Source: Candidatus Nomurabacteria bacterium
GTDB lineage: Bacteria; Patescibacteriota; Minisyncoccia; Phycocordibacterales; UBA918
Length of the DNA: 50,240 nucleotides
Reading direction: 5' to 3'
Assembly: GCA_020632135.1 (NCBI GenBank)
Contig: JACKGC010000001.1
Span: 1 to 50,240 of the forward strand
The notes under the pieces are model-generated. The model searched no databases. It was not told the origin of the DNA and was given only the letters and a program-made list of their open reading frames with translations. The translations under genes were made by a program, and so were the position numbers. Of this stretch, positions 9,767-17,612 are shown piece by piece. The stretch's first letter is position 1. The number at the start of each line of letters is the position of its first letter.

Positions 9767-10064
9767 CAAAGCAAGTCCGCGTGTAGCGGGCTTTTTGTGT
9801 GCAGGAAGCAAAGTCTGGGAGACTGTGCATGAGGGCTTGAAGCCCGATTGAGACACGATCCGACCAGCGGGAGGATCTGTCCAATTGGGGTACTGAACGT
9901 GTAGCGTTCAAGTCCTCTCCTGCGCACAAAGCAAGTCCGCGTGTAGCGGGCTTTTTGTGTGCAGGAAGCAAAGTCTGGGAGACTGTGCATGAGGGCTTGA
10001 AGCCCGATTGAGACACGATCCGACCAGCGGGAGGATCTGTCCAATTGGGGTACTGAACGTGTAG
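9746..10064 (+). repeat. Two identical tandem copies (160-bp period) of a tRNA-Leu-targeted insert
   Basis: 9746-9904 equals 9906-10064. Each unit is the tRNA-Leu 3' end, a hairpin, the split antisense target and a core shared with 13-72. Confidence 0.9.
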
Positions 10065-10089
10065 GGTTCAATTCCCGCTCCCGGCACCA
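10065..10089 (+). pseudogene. Orphan 3' fragment of a different tRNA-Leu-like gene, ending in CCA
   Basis: GGTTCAATTCCCGCTCCCGGCACCA does not match tRNA-Leu(TAG). It is 3 mismatches from the 3' end of tRNA-Leu(TAA). Confidence 0.7.
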
Positions 10090-10091
10090 AG

Positions 10092-10130
10092 AAAAAACCA
10101 GCCGGGCGCTTCGCGCCCGGCTGGTTTTTT
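10092..10130. terminator. Bidirectional terminator
   Basis: AAAAAACCAGCCGGGCGC-TTC-GCGCCCGGCTGGTTTTTT, an 18-bp perfect stem. Confidence 0.8.
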
Positions 10131-10136
10131 TCTTCT

Positions 10137-11180
10137 TTATGAAACCTTCACCTTCGTCTTCGTAAACGGCTGTCGCTTACGTACATACTGGTTGTACCAA
10201 CGTGCCAGGGGCTTCTTGTATTTCTGAGGAATCTTATCAACTTGAGCACACTTCCACGAACAATACCCACCCCGTTTCTCCACACACTGATCACACCCAA
10301 TAAAGAGCGCGTGGCAGATCTGATTTTTGCAGTGGTGATGCGAGTCACTCTTCGTTTCTTTGCAAAGGTGGCAGTTCGAAATTACCTCATCACCGATCCG
10401 TTCGCCTAGACGCTCATCAAATACAAAATTCTTCCCTCTAAACTTATTTTTGAGCCCTTGTTGCTTTACCTGGTGCGCGTAATCAATAATGCCACCCTTG
10501 AGGTGTTTCACATCCTTAAAACCGTTGTGCTTCAGCCACGCACTCGCTTTCTCGCAGCGGATCCCGCCAGTGCAATAGATCGCTACCTTCTTGTCCTTGT
10601 GTTCTTTGAGAAGCTCCGGAGTACGCTTCAACTCATCGCGGAAGGTCACAAAATCATCGGGTGTGATCGCCCCTTCGAAATGCCCCACTTCCGCTTCATA
10701 GTTGTTGCGCATATCAAACACCACGGCGTTTGGGTCTTCAACATACTCATTCATTTGGGCCGCAGTGAGATATTCACCGGTATTAGTAACATCAAAGGTG
10801 TCGTCATCGAGCCCATCGGCTACGATCTTATCACGCACCTTAATGGTAAGTTTAAAAAATGAGGGGATCTGACCTTCTTCCACTGCGATCTTATACGGAA
10901 CACCCTTCAGTTCTGGCTGATTCTGTACCCAGGCATCAAACTGATCCCAGTACATTTTTGGCACGTTCATCTGGGCATTAATGCCTTCAGACGCGACGTA
11001 TATCCGACCCATACAATCGAGCGCCGACCATTTCGCGTAGAGTTTGTCACGGAAGGCCTGTGGATCAGCGATCCGCACATAGCGATAGAACGACACGGTC
11101 GTTCGTGGACGGGTGTCAGCCACGGCGTCACGGCGCTTTTGCTCGCGGCTGCGAAGGTCTCTGACTGTAGTAGTTTGCAT
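10137..11180 (-). CDS. trhO: Rhodanese-domain tRNA U34 hydroxylase TrhO (YceA/UPF0176 family)
   Basis: SFYRY, GRIYVASEGINAQ, DMRNNYEAEVGHF, YCTGGIRCEKAS, HLKGGIIDY, FVFDERL and a C-terminal Cys cluster. Confidence 0.88.
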   Translation of the reverse strand: MQTTTVRDLRSREQKRRDAVADTRPRTTVSFYRYVRIADPQAFRDKLYAKWSALDCMGRIYVASEGINAQMNVPKMYWDQFDAWVQNQPELKGVPYKIAVEEGQIPSFFKLTIKVRDKIVADGLDDDTFDVTNTGEYLTAAQMNEYVEDPNAVVFDMRNNYEAEVGHFEGAITPDDFVTFRDELKRTPELLKEHKDKKVAIYCTGGIRCEKASAWLKHNGFKDVKHLKGGIIDYAHQVKQQGLKNKFRGKNFVFDERLGERIGDEVISNCHLCKETKSDSHHHCKNQICHALFIGCDQCVEKRGGYCSWKCAQVDKIPQKYKKPLARWYNQYVRKRQPFTKTKVKVS

Positions 11181-11301
11181 GGCGAAAATCATACCGTATG
11201 GGCGGCTTGCTACGCAAGCCGCCCGCACCCCCAATCACCCCACACACCACCTCAACCCCAAAATACCTCACAAAATAAGGCCCGCTTCCCTACCTTCTAC
11301 C

Positions 11302-11330
11302 TTGACTTTTCACTTTATTTATGCTATTAT
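11302..11330 (+). promoter_or_regulatory. Sigma70-type promoter
   Basis: TTGACT-17 bp-TATTAT with an extended -10 TG, upstream of 11414. Confidence 0.7.
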
Positions 11331-11413
11331 TTAAACAGGTTCGGACGGGGTCCTCCCCTTCCAAAAAATTGTCCGCGGCGTAACAGTCGCTTTGAAAATA
11401 TAGGAGTTACATC

Positions 11414-12589
11414 ATGAACGCCATGATAAGGACTGGACTTGCACTGATATCTATTGCACTTAGTGCGATGATTCTCTATTTTGCATACACCAGCGATACT
11501 GTAGCCCTGATTGCTCAGTCGTTTGGTGCAGCTGTGGTCGCAATACTGATTGCTATCACAGCCTTCCTGCTCATCTCACCACTACTCAAGGACCGGCTCT
11601 TGCACGACCCTAACGATCCGGATAAGATCGGCATGTTCGTGAAAGTTGGCACCGGACGTAGTGTAGCGATAGATTTTGGTGGTAACTACTACTATGACAT
11701 CGATGGGGACCAAGATGGTCCTAAAGTAAGCAGTGCACTCTTTGGGCTTTGGATGCTGTACAAGCAGTACATCTGGAACACTTTGCATCTGCATGTCTAC
11801 GTCCCCTACTTCACCGTACCCAAGACCTATGATCTTCCGCGGTACAGAGTGAGGGAAGAAGACGGCAAACGCATCTACAAGGTAGTCAGTGAGACTGATG
11901 AGGGTTACTACTCAAATCACGTCCGCACTGCACCATTCACCTGGAACTTCGAGTTTGCTGGCGCTGATATCGAAACCATTCCGTACACAGTCAAAGGTTC
12001 AGCGCAGGTGATGATCGATAAGGAAAAGGTGCGTGAGGCACTGTATCTGACTGAGTCGTGGAATGTCCTTCTGGACCAAGCACTCAACTCAGTGACCAGG
12101 ACCGTAGTACGCAGCAAAGTCACCATCGACGAGGTGGTTGGTGCGATCCAGAAAACCCTCTGGGCCAAACCAAAACCAAAGGAAACCACCGCTGAGGAAA
12201 TCGCAAGCTTGGTGGCCAACCTCATTTTTGAGGGCGTCAAAGGCTACAAGTTCGACGAATCAGCTCCTGGTGAATTCGCTGGCAAGAAGCTGGCTGACCT
12301 GGGCATTATTGTACTTCGGGTTGATATTACTGACTTCGAAGACGAACTCTCTGAGAAAGAACGCGAACAACTTCGCGCTTCTGCTCTCGGTCGCCAAGAA
12401 GGTCGTGCCCGCGACCTGGCGGGTCAGGGTATTGCCAAAGAGCAGGCCCACATGGCAACCGTCCTCAAGAAGCTCGAACCCGATCTTCGCGAGGCTATCC
12501 TCAGCAATCGTGCTTTGGTAGATGCGGTAGACAAAGGCGGTTCAGTGGAAACGCTGATTACTGCCCTCATCGGAAACATGAGAAAGTAA
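11414..12589 (+). CDS. Membrane protein with a probable SPFH/band-7 domain, 391 aa
   Basis: Two N-terminal TM helices, a beta-rich core, LGIIVLRVDITDF and an Ala/Glu-rich helical tail, typical of SPFH proteins. AGGAG SD. Confidence 0.55.
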   Translation: MNAMIRTGLALISIALSAMILYFAYTSDTVALIAQSFGAAVVAILIAITAFLLISPLLKDRLLHDPNDPDKIGMFVKVGTGRSVAIDFGGNYYYDIDGDQDGPKVSSALFGLWMLYKQYIWNTLHLHVYVPYFTVPKTYDLPRYRVREEDGKRIYKVVSETDEGYYSNHVRTAPFTWNFEFAGADIETIPYTVKGSAQVMIDKEKVREALYLTESWNVLLDQALNSVTRTVVRSKVTIDEVVGAIQKTLWAKPKPKETTAEEIASLVANLIFEGVKGYKFDESAPGEFAGKKLADLGIIVLRVDITDFEDELSEKEREQLRASALGRQEGRARDLAGQGIAKEQAHMATVLKKLEPDLREAILSNRALVDAVDKGGSVETLITALIGNMRK

Positions 12590-12598
12590 GGAGATATC

Positions 12599-13390
12599 AT
12601 GATACCTTTCATAGTCTTTATTACCACACTCGTGGTAGTGCTTGCGGTGATACTAAACATATTCCGCAGCAAAAAACAGGCTACTGGAGGGGTCGTAACT
12701 GGTCTCTCTGGTGGTTTCAGCAAACTCATGAGTGCGTTACCTGGCGGGAACGGAGCACAACTCGCGTTCGCGGTTGCGCTCGCTGCGGCAGTCTTCCTGT
12801 CGTGGGACTGGATCCAAGAGTTGGTAGTGAACTGGCTTCCGGACAGCAACGGCGGCCGGATGCTCGGCATCACGAAAGAGCTGGTCAACGACTGGCTGTG
12901 GGTAGTGCCGATGGCGGCGATCGTGTGGTTCCTCACCCGCAATATTGCGGGTGAGACCGCCAAACGATTCGTCAGCGGCACGATCATGGCCCTGGCCCTG
13001 CTCGGGATCAGTATGTCAGTGCTCACTGGTGAAACCGTGCACAACATAAAAACCGGTAACACCAAGGCGGCTATCGCAATGAGGGCGCCTCTCACAGAGT
13101 GCAAGCTGGCCAAGGATCTCGACCAATACACCCGTAACGTTCGAGCTGACAAAGGTATGTGTATCTACGTCAGCGCCAGCGACCAACGCTTTGGCTTGTA
13201 TAGCAAAGCCGGCAAGAAGCTCACGGTGAGCTTCAAAGACAACACTGGCCCTCTGGCGAGTGAAGACGCTAACGACTTCTTCACTCAGAACGTTCGTGGT
13301 GTCGGCTGGAACGAGTTCCATGTCAATCAGCGACTATTCGCTGACATGGGGCTGGCTGGCACTGAATTTTGGTTCAGTACACCCCAGTGA
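12599..13390 (+). CDS. Hypothetical multi-pass membrane protein with a soluble C-terminal domain, 263 aa
   Basis: About four hydrophobic segments and an AAGGAG SD. It sits 9 bp after the SPFH-like gene, with a hairpin terminator near 13410-13445. Confidence 0.75.
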   Translation: MIPFIVFITTLVVVLAVILNIFRSKKQATGGVVTGLSGGFSKLMSALPGGNGAQLAFAVALAAAVFLSWDWIQELVVNWLPDSNGGRMLGITKELVNDWLWVVPMAAIVWFLTRNIAGETAKRFVSGTIMALALLGISMSVLTGETVHNIKTGNTKAAIAMRAPLTECKLAKDLDQYTRNVRADKGMCIYVSASDQRFGLYSKAGKKLTVSFKDNTGPLASEDANDFFTQNVRGVGWNEFHVNQRLFADMGLAGTEFWFSTPQ

Positions 13391-13468
13391 CGGACTCCTA
13401 TTGTTCTTTAACCCAAAACCCCTACGCAATGTAGGGGTTTTTCTTTTGTGTTTTGCTAGCGAGCAGAA

Positions 13469-13798
13469 CTAAGGTGCAAACACCGTGTCGCAACCAGCGT
13501 CAGTTGGGTTGTTCGCACAGCGGACCTCGTCGCTAAGCCCAAAGGTGTTAGCGGCAAGGGAAAGAATGGTGAACGCTGAGAGCATGATCACCAGGCCGAT
13601 CACGCCCCACATCATATGCTTAGCACCCTGCGCACGAGCCTGGTCGTTATTGGCATTAATAAAATACTGTGCAACCCCCCATAAAAAAGTGAGGAAGGCT
13701 ACGGCACTTAGAAGCGCAATGGTCGGAAAGAGAATGATCTCATTAAGCTTGGCCACGAAATTTGATGCTTCTTGGGCCGCTTTTTGCTGTGGTGACAT
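13469..13798 (-). CDS. TrbC/VirB2-like CPR pilin, 109 aa
   Basis: IILFPTIALL...FLWGVAQYF...GAKHMMWGVIGLVIMLSAFTI. Confidence 0.85.
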   Translation of the reverse strand: MSPQQKAAQEASNFVAKLNEIILFPTIALLSAVAFLTFLWGVAQYFINANNDQARAQGAKHMMWGVIGLVIMLSAFTILSLAANTFGLSDEVRCANNPTDAGCDTVFAP

Positions 13799-13847
13799 AC
13801 CAAAATTCTAGCACGTACACAGTACACAATACGTCACTTATCCAACA

Positions 13848-13873
13848 CAAAAGCCGCCCCGGGGCGGCTTTTG
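13848..13873. terminator. Perfect 26-bp palindrome between pilin genes
   Basis: CAAAAGCCGCCCCGGGGCGGCTTTTG. Confidence 0.65.
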
Positions 13874-13891
13874 TAAAGGATCTTGTCAGTA

Positions 13892-14272
13892 TTAGAGAGT
13901 TGGTCCGGTTGGAATATTCTCTACAGTGTCACCACCGCCACCGATTGAAGAAACAAGGAGGTTGACGATTCCCCAGAACACAATGATGAGAACGAACCCG
14001 AGAGTAGCGTAAATCATCAGGCTCTTTCCCTTTTCCTTCGCCTCATCATTGGAACCGCCAGCAATGAAGAATTGGAACATACCCCACACGAAGACGAGGA
14101 AGCCAATACCAATAATAAATGGAATAAGGACAGTGTTAGAGAAATCTAGGATGGCAGCGAGCAAACCCCCAAACTCTCCACCACTACCATCGCCCCCAAG
14201 AAAATCCGCTGAGGCCAGCATCGGAAGAGCAAGCATAGTTGCGCTTCCTGTGAAGTATCCGATCTTTTTCAT
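13892..14272 (-). CDS. TrbC/VirB2-like CPR pilin, 126 aa
   Basis: Signal ending ASA, then LIPFIIGIGFLVFVWG and KEKGKSLMIYATLGFVLIIVFWGIVN. Confidence 0.88.
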   Translation of the reverse strand: MKKIGYFTGSATMLALPMLASADFLGGDGSGGEFGGLLAAILDFSNTVLIPFIIGIGFLVFVWGMFQFFIAGGSNDEAKEKGKSLMIYATLGFVLIIVFWGIVNLLVSSIGGGGDTVENIPTGPTL

Positions 14273-14389
14273 ACGTATGTTATGTATAAATATTATTAAC
14301 GTTATAACGCTCCACTAATAGTATCTTTGATTACGGCCACCAGCAAGAAGAGTTATTCACTACTACAGGCAACGGCAATGTGTGAAGAA

Positions 14390-14776
14390 CTATAATTCTG
14401 GAATACGCGGGATATTTTCTAGAGTCTCACCGCCGCCGCCAATACTTGACACGATCATGTTGACCACACCCCAGAAGATGATCATGGCCACAAAACCGAG
14501 TGTGGCATATACGGCCAAACTACGTCCTTTTGCTCGACTCTCTTCGTCGGCGCCACCGAACACAAAATAGCGCACCACACCCCACACAAAGAACACAAAC
14601 CCCAAACCGATAATGAACGGGATCAAAGTCTCGTTAATAAACAGTAGTATATTCTCGAGCACTAGCCGTAGTGGCGCCGCAAAGGGTTGTGTAGGGATCT
14701 GTGCACGCACTAAAACGGGCGCAATCAATGCGACGATGAAAATCTGTTTGAAAAGCACCTGGCTACCCCGCACCAT
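14390..14776 (-). CDS. TrbC/VirB2-like CPR pilin, about 128 aa, paralogue of 13892-14272
   Basis: LIPFIIGLGFVFFVWG, RAKGRSLAVYATLGFV and a shared SSIGGGG-x-T-x-ENIP tail. The start is uncertain. Confidence 0.85.
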   Translation of the reverse strand: MVRGSQVLFKQIFIVALIAPVLVRAQIPTQPFAAPLRLVLENILLFINETLIPFIIGLGFVFFVWGVVRYFVFGGADEESRAKGRSLAVYATLGFVAMIIFWGVVNMIVSSIGGGGETLENIPRIPEL

Positions 14777-14817
14777 ATGTGTACATACAGTACGCACTTG
14801 ACGCAGTTTGTAAAGGG

Positions 14818-15069
14818 TTAACTCCCAAAAAGTGAATTCTTTACCATCGAAACAATGCCCCAAGCGGTAATCATGACCACAAAGGCAATAATAGCCGCAA
14901 GTGCGTACTGCTTCCCTTCTTCGCGGCCGCTTTGGTCGCCCGCGCGCAGCACCCAGGCATCGATCATCTTCCAGATGAAGTACACAAACACCACTCCAAA
15001 GAGAGCTGGGATCATGAGGTTGATGATGTCAATGATGTGTATGACAAGTCCGCTGTAGGTGGTTGGCAT
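14818..15069 (-). CDS. TrbC/VirB2-like CPR pilin, 83 aa
   Basis: Two TM helices flanking GDQSGREEGKQY, then AWGIVSMV. Confidence 0.8.
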   Translation of the reverse strand: MPTTYSGLVIHIIDIINLMIPALFGVVFVYFIWKMIDAWVLRAGDQSGREEGKQYALAAIIAFVVMITAWGIVSMVKNSLFGS

Positions 15070-15084
15070 GATAGTAGTATAAGC

Positions 15085-15354
15085 TTAAAAGGCTTCGACA
15101 GTATTCTTGATAATAGTTGCAATACCGGCTGAACCAAGGATGATCACCCCACCAATGATACCGTACATTAGGGCCTGTGAGGCAACTCTGATCTTTTCTG
15201 GGTTACCTTGGGCGGTGACGTACATAAAGCCGGCGTAAATGAGAAAAAACACCACAATCGGAGTCGCGATGGTCATAAACACGTACAAGAGCGCGACGAG
15301 AAGTTCTTGAATGGAAGTGAAGGCGATAGGATTAGCGAGTATTTCTTCTCCCAT
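15085..15354 (-). CDS. TrbC/VirB2-like CPR pilin, 89 aa
   Basis: NPIAFTSIQELL, IYAGFMYVTAQGNPEKI and ALMYGIIGGVIILGS. Confidence 0.88.
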   Translation of the reverse strand: MGEEILANPIAFTSIQELLVALLYVFMTIATPIVVFFLIYAGFMYVTAQGNPEKIRVASQALMYGIIGGVIILGSAGIATIIKNTVEAF

Positions 15355-15357
15355 ACA

Positions 15358-15741
15358 TTAACTCTTAAACGCCTCAACCGTTCCTTTAATGACTTCAGAG
15401 AGTGCGACAGCGCCGAGCACCAGCACACCACCGATGACGGCGTACGTAAGGGCGCGGGTGGCCTGCTGTGTCTGCTGCGCGTTGCCGCGCGCAGTGACAT
15501 ACAAGAAACCAGCGTAGATAATAAACATGATGATGATCGGGGTCGCAATGGTAATGAAGATTCTGAGAATTGCAACCAGCAAACCTTCGATGCTGCTGAA
15601 CGGTGTGTGGTTCGTGACACTCACATTGATACCATCCTGCGCCAGCACCAGCGATGGTAAGGCACACATCACCCAAATAATGGCTACAACACAAGCTGGT
15701 TTGATGGTTCGGGCTAAAGTAGCAAAATGAGTCATGATCAA
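15358..15741 (-). CDS. TrbC/VirB2-like CPR pilin, 127 aa, paralogue of 15085-15354
   Basis: FSSIEGLLVAIL, IIYAGFLYVTARGN and ALTYAVIGGVLVLGA. Confidence 0.88.
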   Translation of the reverse strand: MIMTHFATLARTIKPACVVAIIWVMCALPSLVLAQDGINVSVTNHTPFSSIEGLLVAILRIFITIATPIIIMFIIYAGFLYVTARGNAQQTQQATRALTYAVIGGVLVLGAVALSEVIKGTVEAFKS

Positions 15742-15747
15742 AAGTAA

Positions 15748-17058
15748 TTAGTACACATCAGCCAAGCGACGTGACGCGTCACCAACAGCGGCGTTAAGGT
15801 CACGACGGTTTTCATTTATATCACTGGTCAAAGTACTGAATATCTTGTCTGCTTCGGCTCGGTCAGGGTTGAGCCATCCGAGCGCGACAGCGGTAGACTT
15901 GTACGTGAGTCGGCCATACTTGTCATTACTACCTTGACTGACCAAACTGCGGCGGGCCGGGACCATACCACTAGCCACTGCTATCATCTCTGAATTTTCA
16001 GTGGTTGAGAGTGCACGCATGACAATGGTCGCCCCTTGTGTGTTATCGCTCTTCTCCAGGAGAGAAAGACCATAGAATTTGCCATAAGTGCGCCGAAGTG
16101 TGGCAGTTTCGCCTTGTGGGATTTCAGCAATGTCAAAATTTAGGTTCGGATTGATCCGCTCAAGCTGCGGACCCTCGCTGCCATACCCAAAGTACATAGC
16201 TAGATCTTCAGAAACAAACTTCATACGATCATCCTGGAAAGCACGGTTCCAAGAGTAAAGGGTGTTGCTAGGTCGGGCAAAACGAGTGTAGAAATCAGCT
16301 GCGGAGCGAAGCGGGTCTCCTTGGCCACTGATGCTGGTCTGTAGCCGGACTAAGTATTTGTTACTACCTTCCTCGAGTACGCCCTGCATACCGCCCTGGA
16401 TCAATAAGGCAGAGAGAATACCAAAGGCGTTGCGGACATTCTGGTATTCCCCCATTGCTACGGCGCTGCGAGTGATCGTACGGTCGAAGTCACGCTGGAC
16501 CAAGCTCGCGAACATGGTATTGACCAATGACTCCCAGGTCGCAGGAGCTTGCAAAAAACCCTCGGTGGCAAAAATATCTCGATTCCAGTAGAGCATGAGC
16601 GGATCAACTGCCACTGGGTACGCATAGATACCATCTGAAAGTGTAAATATCTCTGCACCATCCACATACAGATTTTTAAAGTCTCGCAGCGGGTACGAAT
16701 CATATGAAATAGGTTGTATACGCTTACGCATCTCAATGAGCTTCTCGTGTGAAGTCAGGATTATATCAGGCCCTTCACCATCGGCTAACGCGTTCACTAG
16801 CTGCGTATCGAAATCGTCTGGATGGTAGTAGCGATACGAAACGTTGTTATAGCCCTCATTGTTCTTTCGTACCGCAAGCAGTACTTGCTCCACCGACTCT
16901 GCTGGCAACGTACCCCAGATCTGTACTGAACCAATCAGTGCAGCTTCAGTTTCCTCAGGCGATCTTTCAGGCTTGAAACTCTTTAATACAACCAAGCTCA
17001 CAATCGCCATAACGATAAAGATGATCACCAGCGCAAGTTCAAATGGTCTTAGTTTCAT
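15748..17058 (-). CDS. Extracellular solute-binding protein (ABC sugar-binding family 1-like), N-terminally anchored
   Basis: N-terminal TM, QIWGTLP, GEGPDII, DPLMLYWNRDIF and FDIAEIPQ. No permease or ATPase gene is adjacent. Confidence 0.8.
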   Translation of the reverse strand: MKLRPFELALVIIFIVMAIVSLVVLKSFKPERSPEETEAALIGSVQIWGTLPAESVEQVLLAVRKNNEGYNNVSYRYYHPDDFDTQLVNALADGEGPDIILTSHEKLIEMRKRIQPISYDSYPLRDFKNLYVDGAEIFTLSDGIYAYPVAVDPLMLYWNRDIFATEGFLQAPATWESLVNTMFASLVQRDFDRTITRSAVAMGEYQNVRNAFGILSALLIQGGMQGVLEEGSNKYLVRLQTSISGQGDPLRSAADFYTRFARPSNTLYSWNRAFQDDRMKFVSEDLAMYFGYGSEGPQLERINPNLNFDIAEIPQGETATLRRTYGKFYGLSLLEKSDNTQGATIVMRALSTTENSEMIAVASGMVPARRSLVSQGSNDKYGRLTYKSTAVALGWLNPDRAEADKIFSTLTSDINENRRDLNAAVGDASRRLADVY

Positions 17059-17603
17059 ACTTTTCGAAAGGCTAGCCCGTAATGATGATCTCCGGCTGGA
17101 AAGTCACGCTCAAACACAAAGCCATGCGACTCCATGAGGTCAGTGGCCTGTTGAGCATAAATAACATGCGCGCCATCTGGACCCATACCCGCAAATGACT
17201 CAGTCCAATCAACGACAAAGAACTTGCCACCAGAACGGATCGTACGACTCATTTCTTCGATCGCGGCATCTTTATTTTCCATCATAAAAAGCGTGTTCAC
17301 CAAGATGGCAGCGTCGAGCTCGCCAGTGCCGATCTTGATGCCATTAGGCTCCTCAAGGTCGCACCACAGTGGATGGACATTACTGAGACCTTGCTGACGA
17401 GCGATATCACCGAGCTTCTCGACGAGACCACGCTGGATCTCGCAGGCATACACTCTCCCTGAAGCACCCACTGCACTAGCGAGCACCTTAAGGAAGAAGC
17501 CGCTACCGGCGCCAAAGTCGGCAACCAAGTCCCCTTCTCGGAGATGAAAATGTGTAGCCACCACATCCGGTATTACAAAGCGGCCGCCACTTTTCACTAT
17601 CAT
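17055..17603 (-). CDS. Class I SAM-dependent methyltransferase
   Basis: VADFGAGSG motif I, VYACEIQ and TIRSGGKFFVVDW. Confidence 0.9.
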   Translation of the reverse strand: MIVKSGGRFVIPDVVATHFHLREGDLVADFGAGSGFFLKVLASAVGASGRVYACEIQRGLVEKLGDIARQQGLSNVHPLWCDLEEPNGIKIGTGELDAAILVNTLFMMENKDAAIEEMSRTIRSGGKFFVVDWTESFAGMGPDGAHVIYAQQATDLMESHGFVFERDFPAGDHHYGLAFRKV

Positions 17604-17612
17604 TGGTCCTGA

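Noticed and set aside
9746-10064. CRISPR array
   Set aside because: The units are 160 bp and fully identical, with no unique spacers and no cas genes. They begin with a tRNA 3' end.
12424-13152. Long antisense ORFs (also 5274-5798, 18480-18953, 28458-29012, 49183-49713)
   Set aside because: These are shadows of well-supported genes on the opposite strand, expected from GC-rich third codon positions.
13469-15741. Pilin antigenic-variation cassettes or a DGR target
   Set aside because: The paralogues are diverged throughout, including at synonymous sites, and each has its own start. There is no reverse transcriptase, invertase or adenine-specific repeat pair.
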